Shown here: positions 1-9,250 of the stretch, piece by piece
How the letters are laid out: each line of letters opens with the position of its first letter
Position numbering within the stretch: position 1 is the stretch's first letter
Source: an uncultured Haloferula sp.
GTDB lineage: Bacteria; Verrucomicrobiota; Verrucomicrobiia; Verrucomicrobiales; Akkermansiaceae
Direction: 5' to 3'
DNA length: 64,000 nt
Assembly (NCBI GenBank): GCA_965652295.1
Contig: CBFGTS010000019.1
Location: 1-64,000 of the forward strand
The notes under the pieces: model-generated
The model's database searches: none
Seen by the model: only the letters and a program-made list of their open reading frames with translations
Told to the model about the DNA's origin: nothing
Program-made: the position numbers and the translations under genes

Positions 1-324
1 CGGAAGACAGCCGCGGCTGGCCCCTCTGGTCCGAGGTGGGCGGAACATACAAGAGGCGGAGATTTACGGAAATCATCGAGAAATCCGGGACGTTCCGGCT
101 CAGTGGCCTCCGTCTTCCTCAGTTCCTCAGTGTCCAGAAGAATACCTGTCCCACCGGGAACAGCCTCGAAGGATTCTGGCGAAGACCGCTGAACGGGACC
201 CCATCGGCGTTCATCCCCTGTACCTGCGGTTCTTGCCCTGCCGAGCTTGAGGGCCTTGAAGCGCAAACCCTCCTCCGCCGCCTTGCAAGTCCATGGACCC
301 GGCGCATGTTAGCCGATCGCCGTC

Positions 325-1593
325 ATGGAACCGCCCGACGATCTCACCCAGGCCACTGAAACCCTGAAGTCACTCGGCATCGCGCTGGGGCTGGGTTTGC
401 TCGTCGGGCTGGAGCGGGAGTGGGCGAACAAGCGGATGGCGGGCATCCGGACCTTTCCGCTGGTGACCCTGTTCGGAGGGCTGTGCGTGGTGATCGCGCA
501 AAGCTTCGGCGGCTGGATCGTCGCGGCGGGCGTGCTGGCCTGCGTCACGATGCTGGTGCTTTCCAATCTGGCGAAATGGAGGGAGCCGGAAGGTGCGGGC
601 GTGGGGCTGACCAGCGAGATGGCGCTGCTGGTGATGTTCGCGGTGGGCGTGATTTGCGTGATGCATCACTGGATGGAGGCGATGGTGATCTCCGGCGTGG
701 TGATGGTGCTGCTCCATGGGAAATCGAGGATGCACGGATGGGTCGACCGTTTCGGCCCGGGCGAGCTGCGGGAGATCGCGCGTCTGGTCTTGATCGGCCT
801 GGTGATCCTGCCGCTGCTTCCCAATGAAGACATGGGCTACCTCGACGTCATCAACCCTTTCAAGGTGTGGATGATGGTGGTGTTGATCGTGGCGATCAGC
901 CTGTCGGCTTATCTCGCGTCGAAATTCATCGGCGGACAGAAGGGCGCGCTGCTTTCCGGAGTTCTGGGAGGGTTGATCTCGAGCACTGCGACCACGGCGG
1001 GGGCGTCGAGACGGGCGAGTGCGGCCCCGGATTCGTCGCGGGCATGCGCCTTCATCGTGGTGGTGGCCACCGCGATCGTGTTCGCGCGGGTGATGGTGGA
1101 GGTGGTCGCCGCCGGCGGTGCCGAAGGGCGGCCGATGCTGTGGCCGTTGGGGATCATGTTCGTCTGGAGCGCGTTGGTTTCCGCGGCGATGGCGTGGAAG
1201 GGGACCGGCGATGCGGGGATGGAAACCAGCGAGGAAGCCCCGTCCGAGCTGAAAGCGGCCATCGTTTTCGCTCTGCTCTATGTGGCGGTGCTGCTGGGCG
1301 TGGCGTATGCGAAGGACCAGCTCGGCCAGGGAGCGCTCTACGGTGTGGCCGCGATCTCGGGGCTGACGGACATGGATGCGATCACTCTTTCCACCTCGCA
1401 GCTCGTCGCCGGAGGAAACGTGGAACCGGCGCAAGGCTGGCGGGTCATCCTGCTGGGCGGCCTGTCGAACATGATCTTCAAGCTTGGAATGGTGGCGGTG
1501 CTTGGAACCCGCAAGATGCTGGGGCCGGTGTTGATCGGCTTCGGTGCGATCGGTGGTGGGGCGGCGGCGTTGTGGATCCTCTGGCCGAAGTAG
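325..1593 (+). CDS. MgtC/SapB-family membrane protein with C-terminal DUF4010 domain
   Basis: N-terminal LGLGLLVGLERE...AGIRTF...GLTSE motif; C-terminal GGLISSTATT and SGLTDMDAIT motifs; many hydrophobic helices. Confidence 0.85.
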   Translation: MEPPDDLTQATETLKSLGIALGLGLLVGLEREWANKRMAGIRTFPLVTLFGGLCVVIAQSFGGWIVAAGVLACVTMLVLSNLAKWREPEGAGVGLTSEMALLVMFAVGVICVMHHWMEAMVISGVVMVLLHGKSRMHGWVDRFGPGELREIARLVLIGLVILPLLPNEDMGYLDVINPFKVWMMVVLIVAISLSAYLASKFIGGQKGALLSGVLGGLISSTATTAGASRRASAAPDSSRACAFIVVVATAIVFARVMVEVVAAGGAEGRPMLWPLGIMFVWSALVSAAMAWKGTGDAGMETSEEAPSELKAAIVFALLYVAVLLGVAYAKDQLGQGALYGVAAISGLTDMDAITLSTSQLVAGGNVEPAQGWRVILLGGLSNMIFKLGMVAVLGTRKMLGPVLIGFGAIGGGAAALWILWPK

Positions 1594-1649
1594 ACGAACC
1601 GGGCGAGGTCGCAAACGACGCGCCAAGCGGGATGTCCCGCCAAAAGGAG

Positions 1650-1668
1650 CACAGGCATCTTGCCTGTG
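1650..1668. repeat. REP-like palindrome CACAGGCA-TCT-TGCCTGTG; a second hairpin GCGGGA-TG-TCCCGC at 1627-1640
   Basis: Perfect 8-bp inverted repeat just downstream of the MgtC-family stop; resembles intergenic REP-type palindromes of PVC bacteria. Confidence 0.45.
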
Positions 1669-2143
1669 AACCCCGGCAGCCCGTCACCTCTCCAACCCAC
1701 CTAAAATCCAAACCGCCTCCTTCCCCACCCACCGCGCGCCAGCGCCACTCCATCTCCATTCGCCCCGCCAGGACGGTATGAACCGGGCACATCGGTAGCA
1801 CCTTGGGCTGGGGGCATGCTCTGGAAAAACCGTGTTACCGGTGGGGTTTGGCCAGGCTCGGATTGAAATCCTTCGCCAAAGCGGCGTAGTCTGGAGGCCG
1901 GGAATTCGGAGAAGCGGTTCGAGGGTGGGGCTGCGGAGGTCGGGCGAGAGAGCTCGCGGTGTCGACGGGTAAACGCATTGTCAGCCCGGGCCTCCGCGGT
2001 CGCGCCGCCGGAAGAGATCGAAGGAGTTCATCGGTCGTGGTCCACGGGGGCGTCCGACACCTGGTCGTTTGACAAGCCTCCGACAGCGTCGAAGCTCCGC
2101 CTGAGAAACGCCATCCGGTGAGAATGGCGGGTTTCCTCCCTTG

Positions 2144-2476
2144 ATGAGACGCTCCGAAAATCCGACGCCCGTTCCGGCCGTGATCCCCTGGGTCATCGCC
2201 CTGATGGTTTGCGTCGGGTGGTCGGCGTGGGCTCAGGCGCGGGGCACGGTCGATGCCGGGACCCGGCCGGAATGCGGGCTTTCCCAAAATGTGGACGATG
2301 GCGGGGTGCAGGGAAGCCTGCCGGCGCGGCCTCTGCCGATGCGCGATGTTCCGATGACGGGGTTCTCCCGGGTAGCGATCCCTGAAGTTCGGCTCGGGAT
2401 GGAAGTGCGGTCGGAAATGCCGCCCTTCCATCTGCGGCCGAAGAGCCTGAGGAGCCGGGCCCCGCCACGCGGTTGA
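2144..2476 (+). CDS. Putative translation-arrest leader peptide (signal peptide + C-terminal RAPP), 110 aa, upstream of secA paralogue
   Basis: MRR n-region, hydrophobic AVIPWVIALMVCVGWSA, AWA/AQA cleavage-like site; ends ...KSLRSRAPPRG* with RAPP codons at 2456-2467; co-oriented with secA. Confidence 0.65.
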   Translation: MRRSENPTPVPAVIPWVIALMVCVGWSAWAQARGTVDAGTRPECGLSQNVDDGGVQGSLPARPLPMRDVPMTGFSRVAIPEVRLGMEVRSEMPPFHLRPKSLRSRAPPRG

Positions 2477-2677
2477 AATGGAGAACGCCGGCGCTTTGAC
2501 AGCCGGTCCGGCCGCTTTGCGGTCCATGTCATCCCACCCCATGACCTCCGGGCACCCGGGGTCTTTCCCGTTTCCCTGTCCGCTCCGTCTTCGGACGCCG
2601 GGCCCCTTTTCCATTCACACCATTCCTATCATGATTCTTCTGAATTCCGTCCCGAAACCTTCAGCCCCCACCCGGCC

Positions 2678-5224
2678 ATGATCGCCCGTTTTTTCCCTGC
2701 CTTCGTTGGAAAAAACGAGCGTGAGCTGGCGCGGATCCGCCCGCTGGTTTCACGCATCAACCGCCTCGAGGAAACCCTGCACAGCGAGCCGGACGAGGCT
2801 CTTCGCCGTCGTGTGGACGAGTGGCGCGGCCAGCTCGGCGGATGGGAGGCCGACGATGAATCTGCCGCCGTCGCCCGCGCCCGCTACCTCGAGAAAATCC
2901 TGCCAGAGGCATTCGCGGTGGTGAAAAACGCGGCCCGCAGGATGAGCGGACGCGAGGTCGAGGTGTGCGGACAGAACATGCTCTGGAACATGGTGCATTT
3001 CGACGTCCAGCTCGTCGGCGGCATTGCGATCCACCGCGGTCTGATCGCGGAAATGCAAACCGGAGAAGGCAAGACGCTGGTCGCCACGCTGCCCGTCTTC
3101 CTCAACGCGCTGACCGGCCTCGGCGTCCACGTGGTGACGGTGAACGACTACCTGGCACGCCGCGACTCGGAATGGATGGGTGAGCTTTTCCGTTTTCTCG
3201 GTCTGACCGTGGGCTGCCTGCAGAACGACCAGGATCCGGAAGTACGGCGTGAGCAGTACCAGTGCGACATCACCTACGGCACGAACTCGGAATTCGGCTT
3301 CGATTACCTGCGCGACAACGGCATCGCCCATACCGCGGCCGAGCAGGTACAGCGCGGCCACTACTTCGCGATCATCGACGAGGTGGACTCGATCCTGATC
3401 GACGAGGCCCGCACGCCGCTGATCATCACGGTCCCCGGAAACGACGCGGCCGGTCCTTTCGTGCGGAACAAGCCCGCCGTCGCCCGCCTGGTCCGCAAGC
3501 AGACGGACCTCTGCAACGGCTTCGCCAGCGAGGCCAAACGACTCATCGGAGCCGGCGATATGGCCGCGGCGGGGGTCGAGCTGCTGAAATTGAAGCTCGG
3601 CCAGCCTCGGCACCGCCAGTTCCTGCGATTGATGGAGCAGCCCGAGCTGCGGCGGTTGGTGGACAAGACCGAACTCGCTTTCCATCGCGGCCGCTCCGGA
3701 CGGACCCTCGTCCAACTCAAGGAGGAGTTGTACTTCTCCATCATCGAGAAGGACCGCGATGCCGCTCTCTCCGAAAAGGGGCGGTGTTTCCTCTCACCCG
3801 ACGATCCGGACGCCTTCACCGTGCCCGAGCTGGAACCGGATGCAACCGAGGTCGAGCGAATGAACTTCGGCGCACGGGCCGGAGAGATCCATGCGATCTC
3901 GCAGTTGTTGAAGGCCTATTGTCTGCACGAGCGCGACGTCCATTACGTCGTCCGCGGAGGCAAAGTGACGATCATCGACGAGAGCACCGGCCGGGAAATG
4001 CCGGGCCGGCGGTGGTCGGACGGCCTGCACCAGGCGGTTGAGGCGAAGGAAGGCGTGAAGATCGAAAGCGAGAACCGCACCTGCGCGACGATCACCATCC
4101 AGAACTACTTCCGGCTCTACGATAAACTGGCAGGCATGACCGGCACGGCGGAGACCGAGTCGGCGGAATTTCACGACATCTACCGGCTCGACGTGCTGCC
4201 GGTCCCGACTCACCGGCCGAACATCCGGATCGACGGAAACGACTGCCTTTTCCGAACGCGGGCGGAGAAGTTCCAGGCAGCGGTGGAGAAAATCCGGAGA
4301 GTTCATGGAACCGGCCAGCCGGTGCTGGTCGGCACCGCCTCGGTCGAGTCATCCGAAACGCTATCGCGCCTGCTGAAGCGGGCGAAGATCCCGCACACGG
4401 TGCTCAATGCGAAGAATCACGAGCAGGAGGCGGCGATTGTGACGAGAGCCGGAGAGAAGGGGGCGGTTACCGTTTCCACCAACATGGCCGGCCGCGGCAC
4501 GGACATCAAACTGGGTGAAGGCGTGGCCGAACTCGGAGGGCTTTTCGTGATCGGGACCGAGCGTCACACCTCACGACGGGTGGACCGCCAGCTCCGTGGC
4601 CGGTGCTCCCGCCAGGGCGACCCGGGGTGTGCGCAGTTCTTCCTTTCGCTGGAGGACGACTTGATGCGCCACCACGCCGCGCCGAACCGGATGGCGGCGA
4701 TGATCGAGGAGTTCGCGGCCCGATCGCGAACGCTGACCGGCGGATCGTTGGGAAAACTCATCGAGGAAGCGCAGCAGCGCGTCGAACAGCACGGCTACAA
4801 GATCCGCAAGCAGGTGCTGGATTTCGACGACGTGATGAACCTCCAGCGGAGCATCGTTTACGGCTATCGAAACGAGGTGCTGCATGCGACGGACATGCGC
4901 GAGGTGGTGCGGGAAATCCTGGCCGTGGATGAAGTACGGCGAACAGCGTACGAAGAGCGCGTCGCCGCGTTGCCGGCGGAAATGCTGGCAGCGATCGAAC
5001 GGGCGGCGGTGCTCCAGGCGATCGACTGGCACTGGCAGAACCACCTCGATGACATGGAGGATCTTCGCGAGGGCGTTTACTTGCGCTCGCAAGGCCAGAA
5101 GGACCCGCTGGTGGAGTATAAGAACGAAGGCTACACGCTGTTTTCCGGATTGATGGAGGCAATCCGGGAGACGTCCGCCCGGAACCTCGAACGGGTGGCG
5201 GGACGAGTGCGGGGGGTGGTTTGA
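2678..5224 (+). CDS. secA: Preprotein translocase ATPase SecA, probably a second, shortened paralogue (848 aa)
   Basis: EMQTGEGKT, VTVNDYLARRD, IDEVDSILIDEARTPLII, GMTGTA, TNMAGRGTDIKL, QLRGRCSRQGDPG, QKDPLVEYK motifs; no C-terminal CxC...CC/H zinc motif. Confidence 0.95.
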   Translation: MIARFFPAFVGKNERELARIRPLVSRINRLEETLHSEPDEALRRRVDEWRGQLGGWEADDESAAVARARYLEKILPEAFAVVKNAARRMSGREVEVCGQNMLWNMVHFDVQLVGGIAIHRGLIAEMQTGEGKTLVATLPVFLNALTGLGVHVVTVNDYLARRDSEWMGELFRFLGLTVGCLQNDQDPEVRREQYQCDITYGTNSEFGFDYLRDNGIAHTAAEQVQRGHYFAIIDEVDSILIDEARTPLIITVPGNDAAGPFVRNKPAVARLVRKQTDLCNGFASEAKRLIGAGDMAAAGVELLKLKLGQPRHRQFLRLMEQPELRRLVDKTELAFHRGRSGRTLVQLKEELYFSIIEKDRDAALSEKGRCFLSPDDPDAFTVPELEPDATEVERMNFGARAGEIHAISQLLKAYCLHERDVHYVVRGGKVTIIDESTGREMPGRRWSDGLHQAVEAKEGVKIESENRTCATITIQNYFRLYDKLAGMTGTAETESAEFHDIYRLDVLPVPTHRPNIRIDGNDCLFRTRAEKFQAAVEKIRRVHGTGQPVLVGTASVESSETLSRLLKRAKIPHTVLNAKNHEQEAAIVTRAGEKGAVTVSTNMAGRGTDIKLGEGVAELGGLFVIGTERHTSRRVDRQLRGRCSRQGDPGCAQFFLSLEDDLMRHHAAPNRMAAMIEEFAARSRTLTGGSLGKLIEEAQQRVEQHGYKIRKQVLDFDDVMNLQRSIVYGYRNEVLHATDMREVVREILAVDEVRRTAYEERVAALPAEMLAAIERAAVLQAIDWHWQNHLDDMEDLREGVYLRSQGQKDPLVEYKNEGYTLFSGLMEAIRETSARNLERVAGRVRGVV

Positions 5225-5256
5225 TACTCCGGAGTAAAAAGGCCTGCTTTACCCGA

Positions 5257-6333
5257 TCATGGCTGCGGGGCGATGGCGGGCCAGCCGTCGTCCCAGAAGA
5301 TCTCGCGGATGCGGAGCTTGGCCTTGCCCGCGTCCTTGAGGTCGTAGGCGTGGAAGACGAGGTAGTCCTGGCCTTCGAAGGTATAGGCTGCGGGGTGCCC
5401 GGTGGCCGCCCAGTCCTCGCCATCGCCGGCAGAGACGAGGGTGCCGCCGCCGCGGACCATGCGCTTGCCTTCCTTGTCGAGGTAAGGCCCGCGGATGTCC
5501 TTCGCGCGACCGACGACGACCTTGTAGGTGCTGTTGACTCCCTGGCAGCAGCGGTCCCAGGAAGCGAAGAGATAATACAGGCCGTCCTTCCTGAAGATGA
5601 AAGGTGCCTCGATCGAGCCGCTCTTCATGGCCTTGTTGCGGGCGAGTTGCTCCGGGGTGTAGAGCGCGTCGTAGTCGAGTTCCGGGTTGGCGGAATCGCC
5701 CGCATCGCGCTCGTCCACGGCGAAGTCGCGCTGGCGCGAAGCGATGGTGTGCCATTCCGCCCCCGGTCCGGTGACAATACCGAGGAGGTCGGGCTGCATT
5801 TTCACTAGCTTCAGGCCGGTCCAGAACGATCCGAAGCTCATCCAGGGCGTGCCGTTTTCATCGAAGGCGAGGTTGGGATCGATCGCGTTCCAGAGGTCGC
5901 GGCCGGGCACCGACTGGACGACGATGCCGTGGTCCTTCCATCCGAAATCAGGGCTTTTGGGATCGAGCGTGACATTGGTGGCCACGGCGATGGCCGAAGT
6001 ATTCCGGCCGAAAGCGGAGACGGAGTAGTAGAGGTAGAAAGTGCCGTCGTGTTCGTGGATATCGGGAGCCCAGATGTTGCCATCGAAGCCCGGCGCGATG
6101 CCCTTCACCCAAGCCGGGGTTTCGGCGAAAACAGGTTTCTCCTCCTGCCACGAGTGGAGGTCGGTCGAGGATTTCACCCGGATGCCGGGTCCGGTGTAGA
6201 ACAGGTAATAGGTATCGCCCTCCTTCGCGATGACCGGATCGTGCGCCTCCACGGACCGATCCTGGGCGGTTGAGACGAGAGGGGTGAAAACAAGCAGGGA
6301 GGTGAGGAGTGCCAGTGGGTTTCGGGTTTTCAT
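5257..6333 (-). CDS. Secreted GH43 endo-1,5-alpha-L-arabinanase-like enzyme
   Basis: Signal peptide MKTRNPLALL; AHDP, WAPD, NAIDP, SFGSFW, IEAP, CC, GHP motifs. Confidence 0.88.
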   Translation of the reverse strand: MKTRNPLALLTSLLVFTPLVSTAQDRSVEAHDPVIAKEGDTYYLFYTGPGIRVKSSTDLHSWQEEKPVFAETPAWVKGIAPGFDGNIWAPDIHEHDGTFYLYYSVSAFGRNTSAIAVATNVTLDPKSPDFGWKDHGIVVQSVPGRDLWNAIDPNLAFDENGTPWMSFGSFWTGLKLVKMQPDLLGIVTGPGAEWHTIASRQRDFAVDERDAGDSANPELDYDALYTPEQLARNKAMKSGSIEAPFIFRKDGLYYLFASWDRCCQGVNSTYKVVVGRAKDIRGPYLDKEGKRMVRGGGTLVSAGDGEDWAATGHPAAYTFEGQDYLVFHAYDLKDAGKAKLRIREIFWDDGWPAIAPQP

Positions 6334-6392
6334 TTCCCCGTGGCTACGCGAGAGAGGCGCGTTTGTCAGGCAGCGATTCCTATCGGGATGAT

Positions 6393-6770
6393 CTACGTCT
6401 GCTTTCGATAGGGCACGACGACATCCTGCAACATTCCGAAATGCTTCGCATTCAGAGTGACGAGAGCGAGATGGTGTTGGGAGGCCGTGGCGGCGATCAT
6501 GCAATCCGCCAATCCGCAACCCATCAAAGTTCGGTAGTCGCGGCGAAACAGCCCAGCCACTTCGGCGATTTCCTCCGTCAGCGGAAGCACGGTGAGAGCG
6601 GAAAGGGTGGTGGTCAGTTTGGTTCTCTCCTGGCTTTCCCTCACTCCTTGGTAGAGTTCGGCAACGGTGACCGACGAGATATGGAGATGGTCGAGGTTTT
6701 GCTCCAGGAATTCAATCGCTTCGGCCCGTCCGCGGAGGAAATCGATCAAGACATCGGTATCGACGAGCAT
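6393..6770 (-). CDS. vapC: PIN-domain toxin (VapC family)
   Basis: LVDTDVLID, SSVTVAEL, LADCMIAATA, LVTLNAKHF PIN motifs. Confidence 0.9.
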   Translation of the reverse strand: MLVDTDVLIDFLRGRAEAIEFLEQNLDHLHISSVTVAELYQGVRESQERTKLTTTLSALTVLPLTEEIAEVAGLFRRDYRTLMGCGLADCMIAATASQHHLALVTLNAKHFGMLQDVVVPYRKQT

Positions 6771-6773
6771 GGC

Positions 6774-7004
6774 TTAAAAGCGGTCGAACTCTGCGCGGAT
6801 TTCCCGGAGGTCAAGATCCTCTCGATCGCTCCAGATACCGCATGCGGCGCGAAACCGGCCGAGCCGGTCCTGGGGACCCAAGCGTTGGAGATACTGGTCG
6901 ATCGCTTCCCGGATGACCTCGCTCTGCTTGCGTCCGGTGGTTCTCGCGACCCTCGCCACGCCTTGGACTTCGGCAGGGGTAAGGTAGATTTGCGTCCGGT
7001 TCAT
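6774..7004 (-). CDS. vapB: Ribbon-helix-helix (CopG-like) antitoxin
   Basis: RTQIYL beta strand, SEVIREAIDQYL helix, GIWSDRED tail; immediately upstream of the PIN toxin. Confidence 0.85.
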   Translation of the reverse strand: MNRTQIYLTPAEVQGVARVARTTGRKQSEVIREAIDQYLQRLGPQDRLGRFRAACGIWSDREDLDLREIRAEFDRF

Positions 7005-7019
7005 ACATCATGATGTATG
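7002..7019. promoter_or_regulatory. Perfect 18-bp palindrome CATACATCATGATGTATG, likely vapBC autorepression operator
   Basis: Self-complementary 18-mer overlapping the antitoxin start codon. Confidence 0.7.
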
Positions 7020-7097
7020 TCGATGAGGCGGTTCCGTCAAGAGCGGGAAAGAGAACTCCCCGCCCTCCTCGCAAACCAGAAGGTTCGCACCACTGCT

Positions 7098-8492
7098 TTA
7101 CCTCGCGGCGACGAGGTCGTAGCCGCGCCAGTCGTGGATGGTCACATCGGCGAATTCACCGACGGGGATGGCCTCATCGACGTGGACGGAGCCATCGATT
7201 TCCGGGGCGTCCCACTCGGTGCGGCCGACGCCGGGTTGCTCGACGAGGACGCGGACCTTTTTCCCGACCTGCTCCTGGTTGAGCTCGGCGGCGATGCGCT
7301 GGAGCTCGGCCATGGCACGGGACCAGCGGCTCTTGCGGGTCATGTGGTGGATCTGCCCGGCCATCTTGTAGGCCGGGGTGCCTTCTTCCTTGGAGTATTG
7401 GAAAACGCCGGCGCGCTCGAAGCGGAATTCACGGATGAACTCGAGGAGTTCCTCGAAGTCCTCTTCCGTTTCGCCGGGGAATCCTACGATGAACGTCGTA
7501 CGAATGCCGAGGCCGGGGATGCCGGCGCGCATCCGGCGGAGGAGGTTGCGGATGTAGTCGCCGTCGGTCTTCCGCTTCATGACCGTGAGCATGCGGTCGG
7601 AGATGTGCTGGAGCGGGATATCGACATATTTGGCGACCTTGTCGCACCCGGCGATGGTGGCGATGAGTTCGTCGGACCAGTGCGCGGGATGGGTGTAGAG
7701 GAGGCGGATCCAGAAGTCGCCTTCGATCTCGTTCAGCTCGCGCAGCAGCGAGGCGAGGGACTCGCCGCGGGTGGAATCGACGGGCGAGTTGGGGTTCGGG
7801 CGCCGGCCCTCCCACTTGTCCATGCCGAAGTAGGTGGTGTCCTGGGAGATGAGGTTGATCTCCTTCACGCCGGCGGCGACGAGATCCTTCACTTCGCGGA
7901 CCACGCTTTCCTGGGTCCGCGAGCGGTGCATGCCGCGGATTTTCGGGATGATGCAGAAGGTGCAGGTGTGGTTGCAGCCCTCGGCGATCTTGACGTAGGC
8001 GGAGTGGTCGGGCGTGAGGCGCCAGCGCGGGGTGTTGTAGTCGGGGACGTATTTCGGCTTGAGGGTGACGAAATCGCGCTCGTCATCGGTGGCGACGCCC
8101 TCGTCCTTCTGCGGGGCGGGCTTCTTGCCGACGAGGCCTTCGATGATCGGGGCGACCTTGGTGATCTGGTCGAGCCCGATGAAGGCATCCACCTCGGGCA
8201 TGATGCCGGGCAGTTCTTTGGCGAAGCGCTGCGAGAGGCAGCCGGCGACGATGATTTTCTGTTTGGCGCGATCCGGGTCCTCGGTGCGGGCGTTGGCGGC
8301 ACCGAAAATGGCATCGATAGACTCCTGCTTCGCCATGTCGATGAACGAGCAGGTGTTGACGATGAGGACGTCGGCCAGCTCGGCGTCCGGGGTGAGAGCC
8401 ATGCCGGCTTGTGCCAGGTGACCCATCATGACTTCGGAGTCGATGAGGTTCTTGGCGCAGCCGAGGGAAATGAGACCGACGGTGGTGGACAT
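7098..8492 (-). CDS. rimO: Ribosomal protein S12 methylthiotransferase RimO
   Basis: LGCAKNLIDSE, NTCSFI, AGCL, radical-SAM CNHTCTFC, DAPEIDG TRAM domain. Confidence 0.95.
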   Translation of the reverse strand: MSTTVGLISLGCAKNLIDSEVMMGHLAQAGMALTPDAELADVLIVNTCSFIDMAKQESIDAIFGAANARTEDPDRAKQKIIVAGCLSQRFAKELPGIMPEVDAFIGLDQITKVAPIIEGLVGKKPAPQKDEGVATDDERDFVTLKPKYVPDYNTPRWRLTPDHSAYVKIAEGCNHTCTFCIIPKIRGMHRSRTQESVVREVKDLVAAGVKEINLISQDTTYFGMDKWEGRRPNPNSPVDSTRGESLASLLRELNEIEGDFWIRLLYTHPAHWSDELIATIAGCDKVAKYVDIPLQHISDRMLTVMKRKTDGDYIRNLLRRMRAGIPGLGIRTTFIVGFPGETEEDFEELLEFIREFRFERAGVFQYSKEEGTPAYKMAGQIHHMTRKSRWSRAMAELQRIAAELNQEQVGKKVRVLVEQPGVGRTEWDAPEIDGSVHVDEAIPVGEFADVTIHDWRGYDLVAAR

Positions 8493-8500
8493 GGCGCGGG

Positions 8501-9175
8501 TCAATTGGCGAGCTGGACGACCTCGTCAAGGATGAGTTCGTCGCCGGGCTCGGGCTTGATTTCGCCAAATTGGGTGACGGGGTTGGCGATGGCGCCCTCG
8601 AGGGTGACCTCGCCGACGCGGAGTTTGCCAAGGATGCCGCCGTTCCGCCGGATGGCGAGGACGGAGCCGGACTGGACGTTCTCGGTGCTGACGACATCGA
8701 GCACGGCGAAGTCGCCGAAATTCGGGTCGGACTGCCACTGGGCGACGCGGGCGATGAGCATGGCGTCGTTGATGACGCGGGAGCGGCGGGCGGCTTTGTC
8801 GCGGCTCTCGGCGGTGCGGCCGGTGAGGAACTGGGCCTCGTCTTCGGCGCGCTTGGCGTCGAGTTCGGCTTCCACGGCCTGGGCTTCGAGTTGCTTGAGG
8901 CGGGCTTCGATTTCCTCGCTGCTCTGCTCGGCCTCCTGGCGGGTGACGAGGTCGGTGCCGGAGGGGGTCTGGGCGGCCTCCTGGAGGGTGCGGCGTTCCT
9001 TTTCGGAGCGCAGCCGCTCGATCTCCTGTTCCATTTCGGAAAGGGTGCGCCGCATCTCGGCCAGATCGTCGGCGGGGGCATCCTTCATGCCCGAGTTCAT
9101 TTTTCCGACGAAGGCGATCAGCGCGCCGAGGATGAGCGCGAGCGTGGCTCCGAGCAGAATCTTGAGCGTATCCAT
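8501..9175 (-). CDS. Membrane-anchored coiled-coil protein with C-terminal beta domain
   Basis: N-terminal TM helix, long E/A/R-rich coiled coil, beta-rich end (FAVLDV...GDELIL). Confidence 0.65.
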   Translation of the reverse strand: MDTLKILLGATLALILGALIAFVGKMNSGMKDAPADDLAEMRRTLSEMEQEIERLRSEKERRTLQEAAQTPSGTDLVTRQEAEQSSEEIEARLKQLEAQAVEAELDAKRAEDEAQFLTGRTAESRDKAARRSRVINDAMLIARVAQWQSDPNFGDFAVLDVVSTENVQSGSVLAIRRNGGILGKLRVGEVTLEGAIANPVTQFGEIKPEPGDELILDEVVQLAN

Positions 9176-9250
9176 GGCGCGGAGAGTGGTCGGGCCGTTG
9201 GCGGATGTCAACGGGCCCGGAGGGCCCGAAATTCCGGCCGAAGTGCTTTT

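Noticed and set aside
1..324. Short ORFs at the window start
   Set aside because: No recognisable motif or consistent frame; cannot be called without upstream sequence
1835..2614. 259-aa minus-strand ORF overlapping the RAPP uORF
   Set aside because: Arg/Pro-rich composition of a non-coding frame; the plus-strand ORF has a signal peptide and a contextual motif
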